Source of the DNA: Squalus acanthias
Taxonomy: Eukaryota
Reading direction: 5' to 3'
NCBI GenBank assembly: GCA_030390025.1
Contig: CM059443.1
Location: forward strand, 6,324,001 to 6,388,000
DNA length: 64,000 nt
Part shown: in pieces, positions 12,857 to 26,621 of the stretch
How positions within the stretch are numbered: position 1 is the first letter of the stretch
Layout of the letters: each line of letters opens with the position of its first letter
Program-made: the position numbers and the translations under genes
Notes under the pieces: model-generated
The model's database searches: none
The model's input: the letters and a program-made list of their open reading frames with translations, nothing else
What the model was told of the DNA's origin: nothing

Positions 12857-15384
12857 GGTAGATATTTAACTTGTCGCCCGGGTGTAAAACTGGTGTTGTG
12901 GGTCAGTCGCTTGTTCTGGATGATTTCAATGGGAATCGGGTGGGCGCTACAAGCGGCGGCCCACCCGCAACGCCCGCTTGATGCTCGGGCGGCAAGTTGA
13001 ACATCTACCCCGCGACTCTGTTTTGATTTACTGAAAAACAGCATGTCGGGCACACTGACCTGCTTGGCAGTCTTAAAAGGCCACTCTGTCAAAATGCACC
13101 ATAAGTTGAAAGCTGCTGATTCAGAATACTGCTCTGTATATTCGACACCAGTGTTCTGTCAGGGTGTTTAGTGCACCGTGACTTACATTAGACTGTGCAA
13201 GCTCTAAAGTGGTGTCTGACATTCCAATTGGACAGCCTGTCAATATAATAATAAAGGTTGGCGCAGCGTTGATGTACTGTCACGGCATGTCACTTGGACA
13301 AGTAGTAAATAAGATTGGATATTCTTGAGTTTTTTTCCCCTCTCTTCTTTTCTTCACTAGGCTCTGCTGTGACTCATGCTGAGGTAATGGCTCCACTAGT
13401 TGTGGAGGCCCTCTGGTAGTTCAACCAATTGGCCCTTCTTTACATGTGAGCCTCAACAGCGAGTGCCAGTAAGATAAGGGCGGTCGACACAGTCAAGCCT
13501 GATGCTCTCGGGCTTCACGTGTGCGTGGGATGGCTACCAGGAGGAGAACTTGAAACTGTTTTTTCCTGGGATTCTAAGGGCTGCAGTTGCTACAGCTTTA
13601 ACTCAGCACAGAGCAGGGATGGAATCTGAGCCTTCCTGGTCTGTATTGCAGTTGAATGTTGCCTTTACCCACTGGGGAGGTCCTGGATATCATATTTAGG
13701 ACTTGCGTTAAAAACTCTCGGCAGAACATCACTATTGCAATAAGATGTCTTTGAGCCCAATAACAGACTGTTGAAAATTGGATTCGGAAGTCTGAATGGT
13801 CCCCAAATGTTCGGACTGGCCAAAAGGATGATGTAAGATGGTATTCCACAACTCTGTTGATTATCGGAACACGATATATGTTAAAGACACTGGGTCCAGT
13901 GGAGACTCGCATTCAATGAGTTGCTTTAAAGCGAATCTGAAAATCTAATTTAACAGAACGTTACACTTCATAGTTTAATTTAGGGATGGGCAATAAATGC
14001 TGGCCTTGCCAGCGACGCCCAGAACTCATAAGCGAATTTTAAAAAAAATGGCAACCACAATCCCTTTCCCTGGGTTCTATCCCACATTGTGGAAAAATCT
14101 AACTGATGTAATTGTACTGTTTCACCACATGGGCAGCAAGGAGCCTTCTGACCACCTGCAGATTCCCAGGTGTGGGCAGGCTACCAGTGGAAAATGGTTT
14201 GGGCAATCGAAAAGGTGCCAACACACTGGCACTCGTGAGGTGAGGCAAAATAAAATGACAAATATTACAAAGCTGGACGTCTCCGCAACACGGAGCTACA
14301 TGGCATTTGTGGGAGTGGCAAGACGGGCAGGCTTCTGGGGAGAGCAGTGCGACGGCAAAGATAGATCATTTGTTACGCAGATGACTTCCTCTTTAAGAGA
14401 TATGGGCTGTACTTTGTTCAATAAATGATTTGATTTCATTCTTGCTTACTTCTATGTACCTAGAGGGCTGGAATTTTTTCTCTTAATGACTTTTAAATTT
14501 CTTCAAATAGAGGAGCTAAGCAGAGAGGATCGGCAGACATGAAGACTTGGAGTCAGTAAATCCTCATTAAATTAAGAAAAAAGGCCAAATTCAAACCTTT
14601 TGCCTATTTCCAGTCTTAATTACTGTCTAAATACAGCATAAAAGGCAGCTGAGCCGTGCTTTATTGAGCAAACTGTTGTCAGAAACCATCAGGGAGCTCT
14701 TTCGTTTTCTATCTTTTCTCCTCCTGTGTGCTGAATTATGGGACTGAGCGGGAACTGCGCCAAGGGCAGTAACAGCACCGCAGAATATTTCAAATGACTG
14801 GCAGGTTTTTTTTCTTCTCGTCGCTTCTGTTTTCTCTCTTTCGACTTGAAACTATTTAATTCCTTCGGATGCATCCCTGCTGAGATTTCAGTTCCAACTC
14901 CCGCTTCCTCTTTATATTTGATCTTCAGTCTAAATGTCACTATTATAACCCACCAACGCTGCACAAACACAGAGCGTCTGGTATATGTGTGCGTGTGTGT
15001 GTGTGTGTGTTGGGGAGGGGGGGGGGGTGGGGGAAGATGAGGTGAAGTAGATTATAAAACAGATTGTTCATGTTTTCCCGACGGTGCCACTTTGTCACAG
15101 GACGTGTTCAATGAATATGGTGCAGTGTGCACTGGTGTGCCAATGTGCTGTAACGCTGAGTGGAAGGATGTTATTTCGCACCCTTTCCTGTCAGGTTGGG
15201 CTTCCTGCCTTACTTTTGTCATTGGGGAAGGAGAATACTAGAGGGTCAATCACCTCTGTACGTGCTCGTACCTCTCCTTGGGGCTTGGCTCCAGACAGCA
15301 CTTGGTAGAACTCTAACAGCAGACAGCCTACACGTCTCTAGCTTGGGAATGGAAAGCAGGGAATCTAAAGAGGTGAATCCAATT

Positions 15385-15670
15385 CCAATGGCTCAATTGG
15401 TAGGGCAATGACTTTTGAAACCGCACAGAGCAGAACTCACAGCTTCAATCGCCAACCAGTTGGTCTAATTGGTGTAAGTGCCCTGGACTAGGGAGGGTGA
15501 AAATCAGCCCATTTCTGCTGCTGATAGATTTCCAATGACCTCTTTTGGAAGGTGTGTAGACCTTAGGTGAAGACAGAATTAGGCTTGGCTGTGATGTGCT
15601 CCATACTCAGACAGGTTGCTGACACCATCTAGGCTTACATATGAAAATCATACACTTAGGTGAGTCACCA
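15385..15670 (+). mobile_element. tRNA-headed SINE-like family (unnamed here), representative copy
   Basis: A-box-like tggctcaattgg head and core ctagggagggtgaaaatcagcc...ggctgtgatg...tctaggcttacatatgaa. Related copies at about 5960-6110(-), 11840-12150(-), 13420-13680(-), 25370-25470(+), 28260-28560(-), 30200-30460(-), 32330-32510(-), 32575-32780(+), 36130-36500(-), 39440-39720(-), 42000-42190(-), 49540-49725(+), 52525-52730(+) and 63325-63560(+). Confidence 0.7.
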
Positions 15671-16849
15671 GTCCATTTGCTACCATCATTTTTTTCAGTG
15701 ATAACCTTCCTCCAGCTGGGAAGGTGGCAAAGATTTTGCTATAACCATCTTTGCTGCTGGTCTGAGATTCCCTCAAAGGCCTCTTTTAAATCCTTCCTCT
15801 CCTTTGCTTCCCTTTCTCTCCCGGAAATGGAATACTTATTTTCTATGTTTCTATACTGAGGTAGCATGTTCAGCCATGAACGCATTGAATGGCGGTGCAG
15901 GCTCGAAGGACCGAATGGTCTACTCCTGTACCTATTTTCTAGTTCCACTTGGGACTCCACCTGATGGCCCAGCTCAGGACGGACTAAAAAAAATGAGGCA
16001 GACAAGCGGCCACTCTGCTCTTGGACCTCAGAGGCCCGTTCTTCTACCGGGTCAAGGACTCAAGCACTCCCTGTACTGGGGGAATCCTCTTGTGACATTT
16101 TGTAGCACAACTTACCAAGCTGTTTGCATCATGAGGAGTGAGATGCAAGAGACCACAGCAAGGCTGCATTTTTCTTACTCCCTCTCCAGACCTTCACTAT
16201 TTCCCAGTGGAGATAACAAGTAGGTGACCCACTCCTCGGCCTCTACCAACGCTGCTCTCAAGCTGGCCGCTCGCAGACGGGCAACATTGCTGTGGGATAT
16301 CACAGCTTTTACTTTTCATGATTCGGAACTCATCACATAGGGAAACACAGGCTTTGAACCTATGCTACCAACTACTCCAGGCACACCAACACTCACATCT
16401 ACAGGGGATCCATGGGTTGTGCTAGCTTTCAAAATGTGAGATACACAGAAAGGGGTAATGTACAGTAGCCACTCCACATCAGCTGAATTCGAAGCTTACT
16501 ATGCTATTCTGCACGTTGCAAAAATGGAAGATAAACTGAACTATTTCTGCCCCGTCTTACAGTTGGCCTCTTTCAGGGACGGTCTCTCTCTTTCACCGTT
16601 CTCTCGCTCTCTCTTGCACACACACCTGTGCACCTAATTTGGATTCCAAGTACTCTCCCATTGAGTCAACCAAGGAAAAGAAGCTGGAGAAATGGTGGGG
16701 GGGGGCGGGGAGGGGAGAAGGGAGAAGACTGCACTGGCTCAAAAGGTGAGGAATCCCCCAACTTCTCTGTCTACCTAGGAATGAAATAGTGGTCATCAAA
16801 AGAAGCTGGATGATGTGGGTGGGGTAGATTGTTGAAGCCACCATCACCG

Positions 16850-17470
16850 TGTACGGCAGAATATAGGATCATGGGCTGTATAGCAAGAGGAAAGAGCACA
16901 AATCTCAGGTAGTAATTCTGAGTTTGCAAGGAGCTTTGGTACAGCCCCACCTGGAGTACTGTGTACAATCTGGTCACCATAGTGTGAGAAAGACATCCAG
17001 GAATTGGAGCAGGTACAGCGAAGGGCAACTAATCTGATAGCTGGGATTAGGCATCTGAGCTCCGAGGAGAATTCTGCAAAAGCTGGGAATGTTTACACTG
17101 GAGAAAAGGAAGCTCACAGGTAATCTTAATGAAGTATTCAAGATCCTAAAAGATATAAACAAGATAAAGATCAACATGTTTATCACAGATTCTGCAAGAG
17201 AGCCTCAATCTTGGAAGAGGGAGAGTGGAAAGGCAGTTTATATTTAACTACTTGACACAGAGGGTGGCAAATGTATGGAATGGTGGACTGCCAAAGGAGG
17301 CAGTGGGGGCTGAATAATTTGCTGATACAAGAGAGCTGGGTAATTATCTGGAGAAAGGTGTGATAGAGGGGTATGAGAGAAAATGATATTCCTTAGACAC
17401 TGGGACTGCCCAGATGGACCGCAGTGGTGTTTTCTGGGCCTGCACATTCCTATTTGTCTATAACTTTGTC
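16850..17470 (+). mobile_element. Old CR1 LINE 3' fragment
   Basis: ccccacctggagtactgtgtacaatctggtcacc (PHLEYC..WSP) and the following ctgggaatgtttacactggagaaaagga segment. Confidence 0.75.
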
Positions 17471-18225
17471 GGTTAGGTGACATCCCGAAGACAGCATCCT
17501 GTGCTAAGCCGCAAAGCTGCTCAATTTCCACACACAATCAATTTTTGAAAATCGGGAACAATTCTAAAATGATCTCAATGTGGGCAAGTTGCAATGCAAT
17601 AACTTTATTGTTGCTATCTCGGGGGCGGGGGGGGGGGCAACTTGGAAGACAACGCAGCACCTTTTAGAGGCTGCCATTTTGGCACCATACCTCCCATTTC
17701 ACCCGTGTTCACTTCAGTCCCACAATGCACTTCAAAAAATGTACCCAGTAATCCTATCAGCCGGCATAATCTACAGTTATACCTTCGCCTCCCCTCCCCG
17801 CCCCTCCCCACACACAAAGTAGTCTCATCAGGTAGTTATTAATCAGTGTAGTCCAGGTGTAAATAGTGCAATTAGGTGCCTGGCAGGCTCCAAGACCATC
17901 GTTAAACCTTGAACCCTCATTAAAGTGCAGCAGGAACACTGTCTTGTCATAGCATATTTTAGCGTGACCCAGCGGCATGCAGCGTATTTCTTACATTCTC
18001 CCATCATGCACCAGGCAACAGTGTACAAGCGCCAAGGTATCATCACCACAAGGCACAGCACATCACCAAAACGAGTGGGGGAAAAACTTTGGGATGCAAA
18101 AACGGGAGACCCACAGACTAGTGCAAATTATCTGAACTGTGCTGTGGGGTTTTAGTTTTTTTTTATAAAAAGATTATTCATATGTAATGTGGGTTAAAAA
18201 AAGTAAAAAAGAAAAACACACCAAC

Positions 18226-18237
18226 CTTCTCGTAGCT
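18226..18237 (-). CDS. PTPRS: PTPRS microexon meB (12 nt, ELRE)
   Basis: Minus strand reads catccctcag|AGCTACGAGAAG|gttggt. In phase 1 this gives E-L-R-E, the conserved Ig2-Ig3 linker insert. Confidence 0.92.
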
Positions 18238-19244
18238 CTGAGGGATGTAGGGGGTTTGATGCGGAACACAATGACATGGGGAGAAGAGAAATAGGGGAAA
18301 CACAGAGAGAGTAAAAAGGCCTCTTCAAGGCTTTTAGCTGCAACATCTACTCTCACTAACGACCTTTGACCTTTCCACCTAGATCTTCAAGAATCTAATT
18401 TTTTTTGTGTGTCGTCTCAATAGTTAGTCCTTCTGAGGGAATTGAATTTTAACTCAAACAATTCCATTGATAAATCAAATTAAAAAATAAATAAAAACTA
18501 ACACAAGGCTGTTATACTTATATTATCTTCGAACACATAACTTAAACATTTCCTTTATTCCCTTTCATCTCTTTCACTTCTTCTGTCGGCTTCAGAATTT
18601 TGACAGAAAGTTGCTCAGAAATAAAGTTGCCACGAGCAGTTTTATCGTTTTTCCTGAAGTCTCGGCACTTGGGCCCCCATCTCTCCCCACCACAGCGGCC
18701 TTCTTAAGGAAGTGAAAGAGATGCAGCTGTATTGTTCCCATCGCTGGCCAGGAACAACCGACTCGAACTCTGAACCTCTGCGCCAAGCGCGCGGCAGCCT
18801 GCAGCTCTCTGGACAAGGCCTCGTGCTACAAATTGACTGCGCGCTTGTCGCTCCTGGAAAGGAGTCCGCTGTTCCCACACTGCGGCCACAAATCATTTTT
18901 AAACACAGCAGAACCTTGTATGTCGCAGAGTTGGGAGGAAAGCTCCGAGAGGGATCAAATATCCATCCCCCTAACATTTTTATATTCAAAATTAAAATTG
19001 CAGGAAAAAAATCATTTGCATTATCTTCAATACGTCACCAATGACCTTTTACCTTTCCATCCAATTGGTATTTATTTCTTTCCCAATATCATAACTTGTC
19101 TAATGGCGCTAGTTCAAAGTAGAGTTTTTCAAATTATTTTTCCTTCTAGTAAACCTCATCCATGACCTTTGAACCCTCAGAGGTCAGACCTTCAGGAGGA
19201 TGAAGCGACCATCAAGCAACAGTCCCCAACGCAAGGGTCAAACC

Positions 19245-19258
19245 GTTGCCTTAGTAAC
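19245..19258. promoter_or_regulatory. RFX X-box motif
   Basis: GTTGCCTTAGTAAC fits the RFX consensus GTTNCCNNRGNAAC. Motif match only. Confidence 0.4.
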
Positions 19259-21219
19259 CACTTTATCCTCTGAAGAGGGAGCTCAGGGGCATTGATAGTT
19301 TACAGGCACCAGGTGGAAAAAAAACAATTTTAACAAAACAAATGACTTTCTTATGCTATGAGTGGTACTTTACACATAAAGCATGCAAGGAGGATAATAT
19401 TTTTTAACAATCTGTATTCTGGTAAATTGACTGTCTGGAGTGAATTCATAACTCTCAGCTGGGAATGCTGATCTACTTACAGTGTAGCCATTATGTTAAT
19501 ATACTGCATTAATATTTCCCCTTTGTGTTGTCATTTCATCATTTTCAAATTATTAGTTGTTACAGCATAAGGAGAGGAAGGCCTGAAGCAGCTTTGCACT
19601 GTTCGAACAAGAGGAAGAGAGAATACATTAGAAATATATGCGCAGGAAGAAAAAAATCTCAGAGGCCACATAGTCTCTGCCTTGCTAGCCAGGGGGCAGG
19701 GGTAGAGGGGCAATGATCCCTCTGTAGTCAAAAGATTTGTCTTCTGCTTCGAGGACTCATTAGGGGGGTGTTTTAATGAGTCCCCACTCCCAGTGCGGAG
19801 GCCTCCCCTTCTGGGAGCATAAATCAGAAATGCGGGCAACGTACGGCAGAAATTTCCGATACGCACATCCAGTGGTCAAGGCGTCACACCAGAAGCACGC
19901 ATTCACAACATTACCCCTTTTGTACCAACTCTCACCCTAACATCCTTTCCCCATGGCTACGCCTCCATCAGTCTTCCCGTCTCCCTAAAACTTACAGGCT
20001 TTTGTTACCTAGCCATCTAAATCTTCATTTTCCTTGTCTTCTCTCCTGCCAATCTTGACTGTATCCTGCATAATGGGCCTCAACATTCACCGAGGTTTCT
20101 CCAGTTAAAAAAAAAAGAGAATATGGGAAAAGGGCAGGAGAATGGGACTAAGTGAATAGCTCTTTCAGAGAGAGGCCTGGCACAGGCACGATGGGTTGAA
20201 TGGCCTCCTTTGGGCTGTAAAATTCTATGATTCTATCATACATTTTTCTGCCCTTGCCTTTGGACATCAAGACATAGATTTACTGAGTGGTGTTACTTTA
20301 ATGCGGCTGTGTATGCAAGATTTCTAATAACACATAGGTGGATTAGTGCTCGGAAACTCTAGGCTCGATGGTATTAAATCGGTTTGATAGACTAGCTCCC
20401 CTGAAGCAAGATTAACAGCCTTCTCACTTTCAAAATGTGTTCTGTTCTATTGATATGGATCTCTGCCAGTTTCCTGCCAGTCTGGAACTTAAGAAGTTGG
20501 CAGAACAAGCTAGAATGCAGACTTGAAAAGAATCACTAATGGTCGAGAGTGACCAGGCCTCATTTCAGGTGAAGCTGCGCACAGCAATACTTCAACATAG
20601 TCCACACGAAGGCAGCCATCACCTTCTGAATCAAGCACGTGCTTTATTGTAAAGAATTCGTCTTTTGGGACCGCAGCACACCTTAAACACCAAAAAGTCT
20701 TGAATTATCTATTTCTTCTGCTACTGAGGTTTTGGCTCCAATGTGCACGGCGATATTGGAGAATATCATATTCTTTAAGAAAGGAAAAAGAGGGACAGGG
20801 CTGCACTATCCTTCCATCCTTTCATCTCCAGGGCTGCAGCTGGAATTGAGCCCAGATGGATGGGATGAAAGTCTTCTTTCTGACAGCTGTTAAAGAATCC
20901 AAAATTAAATGAGTCAAGCTCCAACCCAGCTCTCAACGGGCTTGAATTCACAGCACAAAACTGCTCATAATTCAGCTTCAATTCACTCTGATCGGGCCAT
21001 TTCATTCAACGAGGTCACAAATTGAACTGATGCAGCGTTCCACTCGGGAGTCCTCTTGAGCGGAGGTTGAAGGCCTGGATTGTCCACTCTGAGGCGCGAA
21101 TAGGATTGTACGTGGAGGGACAAAAGGTGCGAAAGGCAAAAACCTTGTGACAACATTTACACGTTGCTGGGAGGTGCCCATTATTAATGAGGTGTAAATG
21201 AGCTGGTCATACAGGCCAA

Positions 21220-22066
21220 GGGCTGGATTTTCCAAGCCCCGAGGAGGCGGGCATGGAGGCAGGACAGCCGGTAAAAATCGGAGAAAGTGGGGGCGGATGG
21301 CAAACCCGCCCCCATCCTGCCTCCGTGCCCTTTTGCCAGGAGGCGGGAGGAAGTGCAGCTTCGGGTCCCGTCTCCTGGAGGCGGGAAAGCCACTTAATCC
21401 TTTTAACTGCCTGTTAACAGGTAGTTAACAGGCAGAAAAAAGGATTAGTGCCATTTTACCTTCGCAGGTGAAGGCTTCCCGACCTCGGAGAACCCCGCCA
21501 GGTTGGAGGAGACGTGAAGGAGGTCTGCGGTGGTCGGAGGCACCTGGAAGTAAGGTGTAGAGGTGAGTGATGGGTGCAAGTGTGGAGTGGTAAGTATGTA
21601 AGGTGAGTGATAAGTTTAAAAAAGTGTTCACTTACCTTGTTTTCTTTCTACAGCCTTTAGCCGCGCTGGATCGGGAGAGCCGACATTCTCCTCGTCAATT
21701 TCAGATAATAGCTGTTGGATCCTCCGATCCTACAGACATGTGAAATTTACAACGTTGAAAGGTTTGATGAGTCCTCACCACGAAGACTCATCAAACTAAA
21801 GAGAATATCAGTGTTTGACAGCTTCACAGAGCTGTCAAACGCTGTCATTTCTTCTTTCAAGAAGTCTTGACAGATAGCAGGTCTGACATTGACGTGATCT
21901 ATCAGTGACTTCCTCCCTAATTGGCCTGCTGAGCCCACAGGGCGGGCTTAACAAGTTCAATTAGGGGAAAATCCCTCTGATTGGTCAGACGAGGATGGAG
22001 GCGGAACATTGACACGACAAGCAGCTGTCCCACCTCCAACTCGCCTCCATTCACAAAATCCAGCCT
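21220..22066. mobile_element. PIF/Harbinger-like MITE
   Basis: TIRs gggctggatttt and aaaatccagcct, with a 3-bp TSD CAA (21217-21219 and 22067-22069). Second copy at 58047-58893. Confidence 0.8.
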
Positions 22067-25000
22067 CAAGTGTTTGCCGTAACTCTCCAAAAAAAATAGG
22101 CATTAAAGTTCTTGACTTTTGTCTACAAAGAGAAAAAAAGGAATTGGATTGTGGGACACAGAATTCTTCTGCGGCAAGGCAGTGGCTAAGATTGTGGTTT
22201 TTATTGTGCAATAAGGTAGGGCATGTTAGATTACCCAACAAAGACACTCCTCACCTTGGTGAAGGCCAAATCCTCAACTCTCCCGTAAAGATTGAAAAGA
22301 TGATGATTCCATCAGAAAGTCTCAAGATTCTACCTTGATGGCCTCACACCAATGCATTAAAGCATGGAGTGTCGAAGCATGGACTCCCAACTTGAAATCT
22401 GCCACAGGTGGAGGGACTGAGTTCCTCAGGTATGTCAGTGTAGAGAGGCACCAAGTGGAGGCCAGGCAGTTCTCCACAACTAGCAGGAGAGAGTCAAAGG
22501 GAGAGGCACCTTCGATCATTCTTGAGTGTTCTGTAGACTTTCCCAGAGATATCCTGCACACTAACACGAGTTTCATCATGGTTGCAGCTTTGATTTTGGC
22601 ATCTGTATACCAGTTACATGCAACCTGAGGCTTTGCTCTTGCAGTTTAAGGTATTGACTATAAACTGCTTTGCGATCACTCCCATGTATCCATTATTCTA
22701 CAGCTGAACCCCTCAAATAATCTACCAGCTGGTCTCTGTCATCTATTCCCAGACTAAGATATCTTTGGATGCCTTGTCTGTTTAAGTTACTAGAGTAGAA
22801 GCCTCCTGAGGCTGCAAAGAAGCCAAGAGGATGCATCCATTTCACTTGGATTTGCCTCCATCTGGGGCTGATATGCCACATGCAGGTTCTTTAAAGGGTC
22901 ATGTGCCGCGGGTAAGCCCATCTGGTACCAACCAGAGAAATCACTAATGGATCTCAATTCCTTCCCGTTGCCCCTGGAGATACATACTGTTTGAGTCAAT
23001 GCTGCTGCCTGCCTGCCTCTCTGACTGTCAGTGCGCCCTTCTCTGGACATCAGAAAACACTGAATAAGTACTTGTCGTCTAGTCTCGTTTAAAATGACAA
23101 CACAAGTTAGGAAGAAATACTATACAGACGCAGGCAATTATTTTACTTAACATGGTCTCTTGCGTTCTTAAAATCGTTGCGATGGGTTGCAACACATATC
23201 CCAGTGGCGATGACCAGAAAGGATTTGGAAATAGTTCAGAAACAGTTCCTTTTTGTTGCAACTTTGACAACAGTCCCATTTGGGATCAGCTGAACTGGGC
23301 CGAGATAAAACCTGGTGGTGTGACAGGGTGGGGTCCCTCTGTACCACATGAACGTTGTCCAATTTTTAGGAGTCGAGAGATTTCTATAAACTGCACGCTG
23401 TTTATCGATGGATGGGAAAGATACCAGGTTTTGCCATCAGCCCTTTTCAGGCTCTCGGCCTAGCTATAGGCTGCGATAGTAGACTCAATATTCGACAATT
23501 CCCAGCTGATAGTTATGCTGACATTTCTGGAAGGATCTGGATAGACAACTGATAGTTTACAGTTTGACTTTCAAAAATTACTCAAGGCACAATATTTAAT
23601 CCTTTTCTATTCCTCCACAATCGACACTCACTGGGTCAAAGACCAAATGATGTAAAAATATCAGAAATTATAATTTTAAAGATTTGAGAACCAACAATAT
23701 TTTTAGACGGTTTGGAAAACCCACTGGGTCCTTTCTTCCATTCCAGCTATTGAGGCAAGAGTTTGTCAGACATTGAGTTTTTACACATTGTCCCGTAATA
23801 CGGTTTTACTGGTACATTACTTGAGAATTTTATAAATATAAATTTTATAGAAAATATAATATAATACTAATTATTTAAATAGCTGTTAAATTTGGAGTCA
23901 CATCATGCTGAACGCTCAAGGAGAATGAATGACTTTAACAGAGGCGTAACTATTAGCGGCCTTCAGCAGGAAGAGGCACTATTCCCTGGGCTAGATTTTA
24001 GATATTGCAGTCAAGGGTAAAATAAATGGGAATGAATTATTCCAAACTAATGCCCACTTTATATACATTTCAATGCCCTCTCTGGACACAAGTGGCCAAG
24101 GCTGGAATGGACAGAGATCCAGTGAGATCTGGAGATATTTTAATTCCTGTCCTTATACATCAACTCTCCTAAACTGAGCTCAAGCACATTCAGTTATCAC
24201 AAGTTACATAAAAGGCTGAGTTAGCTCCTTCCCTTGCTACCTACAGTTTATAGCCTATCTTCAGATAGAACAGGGGCGTATATTACAAGATTTGAAGGGA
24301 TGTGGCAAGAGACTGGGTGACCAGCAGTACTCTAACTATACTGAATGGTCCAATGTTGCAGCCGCTTTAGGTGTAACAGTGTACTCGCATGATGCACCTG
24401 AAGCCAGCTGGCCCTTCAGTTGAGTGCTTCAATGGGCCCCAACACACGTGTCGCTAAATTGGACACGGGCATGATGAAACCACACTTTTTTTTTTTAATA
24501 TCCCTTCCTGCCATTAGATTTCACAATCCAGTACCTCCTGGATTCTGCCCAAAATAAATGATTGCCCTTGACTGTGTTTGTTGAGGACTTTAGCACACTT
24601 TTGAATATCCATCGTCAATGGCAGATACCCACCTTGGCAAAATGCCCCACACTGCATGGCTACAAGAGGCTGAGCCTTGAAAGGTGACACTTAATGTAGG
24701 GTCAGCCCAGACTCTCAATTTGGTGAGAGGGAATATCACGTGACCATTTCTATCCAATCCCATGTAGTAACTCCATTCTTTAACCAATCAGAACTGACAT
24801 GGTGACATCACATGGCTATGACGTCACCCAAGCAAGTTTTAACTGTGCTGTTTGGATGACTGAAAGTTACCAATTAGATCAACTATTCTGAGGAGTCTGA
24901 TCAAATAGCTCCTCAATTTGATTGACTAGTTTTTATTCTTTTCCTACGAGGTTAGATGATCTTGTTTGAAATGTGTCTTGTTGTTGGGGTAGATTGCACT

Positions 25001-26510
25001 ATACTGCTCTGAGCCGCTCACTGCAGAATCTTTCAGAGGACCTGCTGGAATGAGAGGCTCTCACTGCTCTGCCATATTGGAGAGAATGTTGATATAAAGA
25101 ATACCAAGAAACTATTTAATGAGATAATTGTACATCTACTAAAAAGGGCAAATTGAGGGTGCCACCTTGCCTGGTTCTTATTGCTTTTCTCCCTCCCTAT
25201 GGACAATAGTTGAGCGTACCTCTGATTAAACGAGCTTGTTTCCCAATCTCCTACATTTATTTTAAGCTATTTCTCCCACAGATATTAATTTTAGGAATAA
25301 TTACTAAGATCAGCAGGACTTGGAGTTATTTATTTTTCTGAAAAGCAGTTTCCACCTGCAGTCTGCTCAGGTAACTGATCTCAGTCAAGCTTCAGTGAGC
25401 CCGAGTCAGGGAGAGAGTTCAGAGTTTGTGCTCCTGATTATTATCCAGCAACCCCTGCTGGAAGCGCATGTTTATTCTTATCTTATATTGTATTTGTGAT
25501 TTTGTTGGCAGCAATTCGGGATTTTTTTACTAATCGGGCACATCCTGGCCTGCCTGACTGGGCCTCACCCTGCCATCCTCAACCTGCCTCTTCAAATAAA
25601 GAGTTTGGAATAAGCAGGAGAGGTGTGGGATGCTGTTTCCGCAGAACACTTTTCAGAGAGACAGTGGGGCACAAACTAGGTCCAAAAAAAATGTCTTACT
25701 TATGCTGGGGCCGTTTCTAAATTATTTGTCTCAATGTGGGTGTACAGACTGCAAATTCTGGAGGCCCACATGAGGTCAGTCAGCATCTGAATAAGGTAAA
25801 TGCTGTGGGTGGGGTCCCTCGATCAGAGTTCTGTTGGGGTTCTGATGAAGGGCGTTGACCCTAGGACAGTTGGCGAGAGGGTAAGGGCGACTCTGGCAGA
25901 TGCTGGGTGACCTGCCGTGTGTTTTCAGCAATCCTAGTCGCTCCTTCTGTGCTGCAATCTGCTCTCAGTCTTGAACTGTTTAGTTTCTACGGGTACAAGG
26001 ATGCTCTCCTGTTGCGGAGCCCAATTGGACTTGTGGTGTCTGCCGGCGATTAAAATCGGTGGGGTGGGGGGGGGGGCGGGCGCACCCAACTCGTGGAGCA
26101 ATGCCATTCAGGCGCACTGATACCTGTGCCCGATTCTCCAAACCCCGTCAAGTACGGCCCAGTGTCAGGAGAGCCACCTTGAAAAATGTACACTGAGCTG
26201 TTTGATCTTTAGTTATTGAAGAGGAAAATCAAAAATAGAAAAGGATTTCTTTTGATCCTTATGCCAAGGCTCTTCTGGGACGAATATAACCTGTCCTTCA
26301 CGCTGCAAAATTCCTCCCAGGAAATCCGGTGGGTTCTCCCAGGATTTTTAATATATGAATCCAACCTAACGGGAATATACGCCCCTGTGCTGAACTGCTT
26401 TAGTGGAAAACAAACAAACATTCAGGCACTAGAAGCTCATAGAAGTCGTGCTCTGCCAGAGGCCCAGCACCCTTTAGTGAGAGGGTGTTGAGTAATCAGC
26501 CGCTCCCTAC

Positions 26511-26621
26511 CTCTCACGTAAAGATTAGCAGGAGGAGAATACCGCACCCCGGCGTTGTTCGATGCCACACATTCGTATTTCCCCTGGTCGGTTTCTTCGC
26601 TGTTCTCGATCTGCAGGGCAC
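26511..26621 (-). CDS. PTPRS: PTPRS coding exon, second part of Ig2 domain
   Basis: 111-nt phase 1-1 exon, acceptor tctcctgacag|GT and donor GAG|gtaggg. Encodes [37 protein letters not shown]; SEETDQG and AGVRYS are PTPRS-type. Confidence 0.95.

Noticed and set aside
12448-13092. 214-aa minus-strand ORF
   Set aside because: It is antisense to a CR1 fragment and an adjacent repeat, not a gene.
21770-21800. TTGATGAGTCC...CGAAG resembling a hammerhead core
   Set aside because: It lacks C3 and GAAA, and is better explained as a simple hairpin within the MITE.
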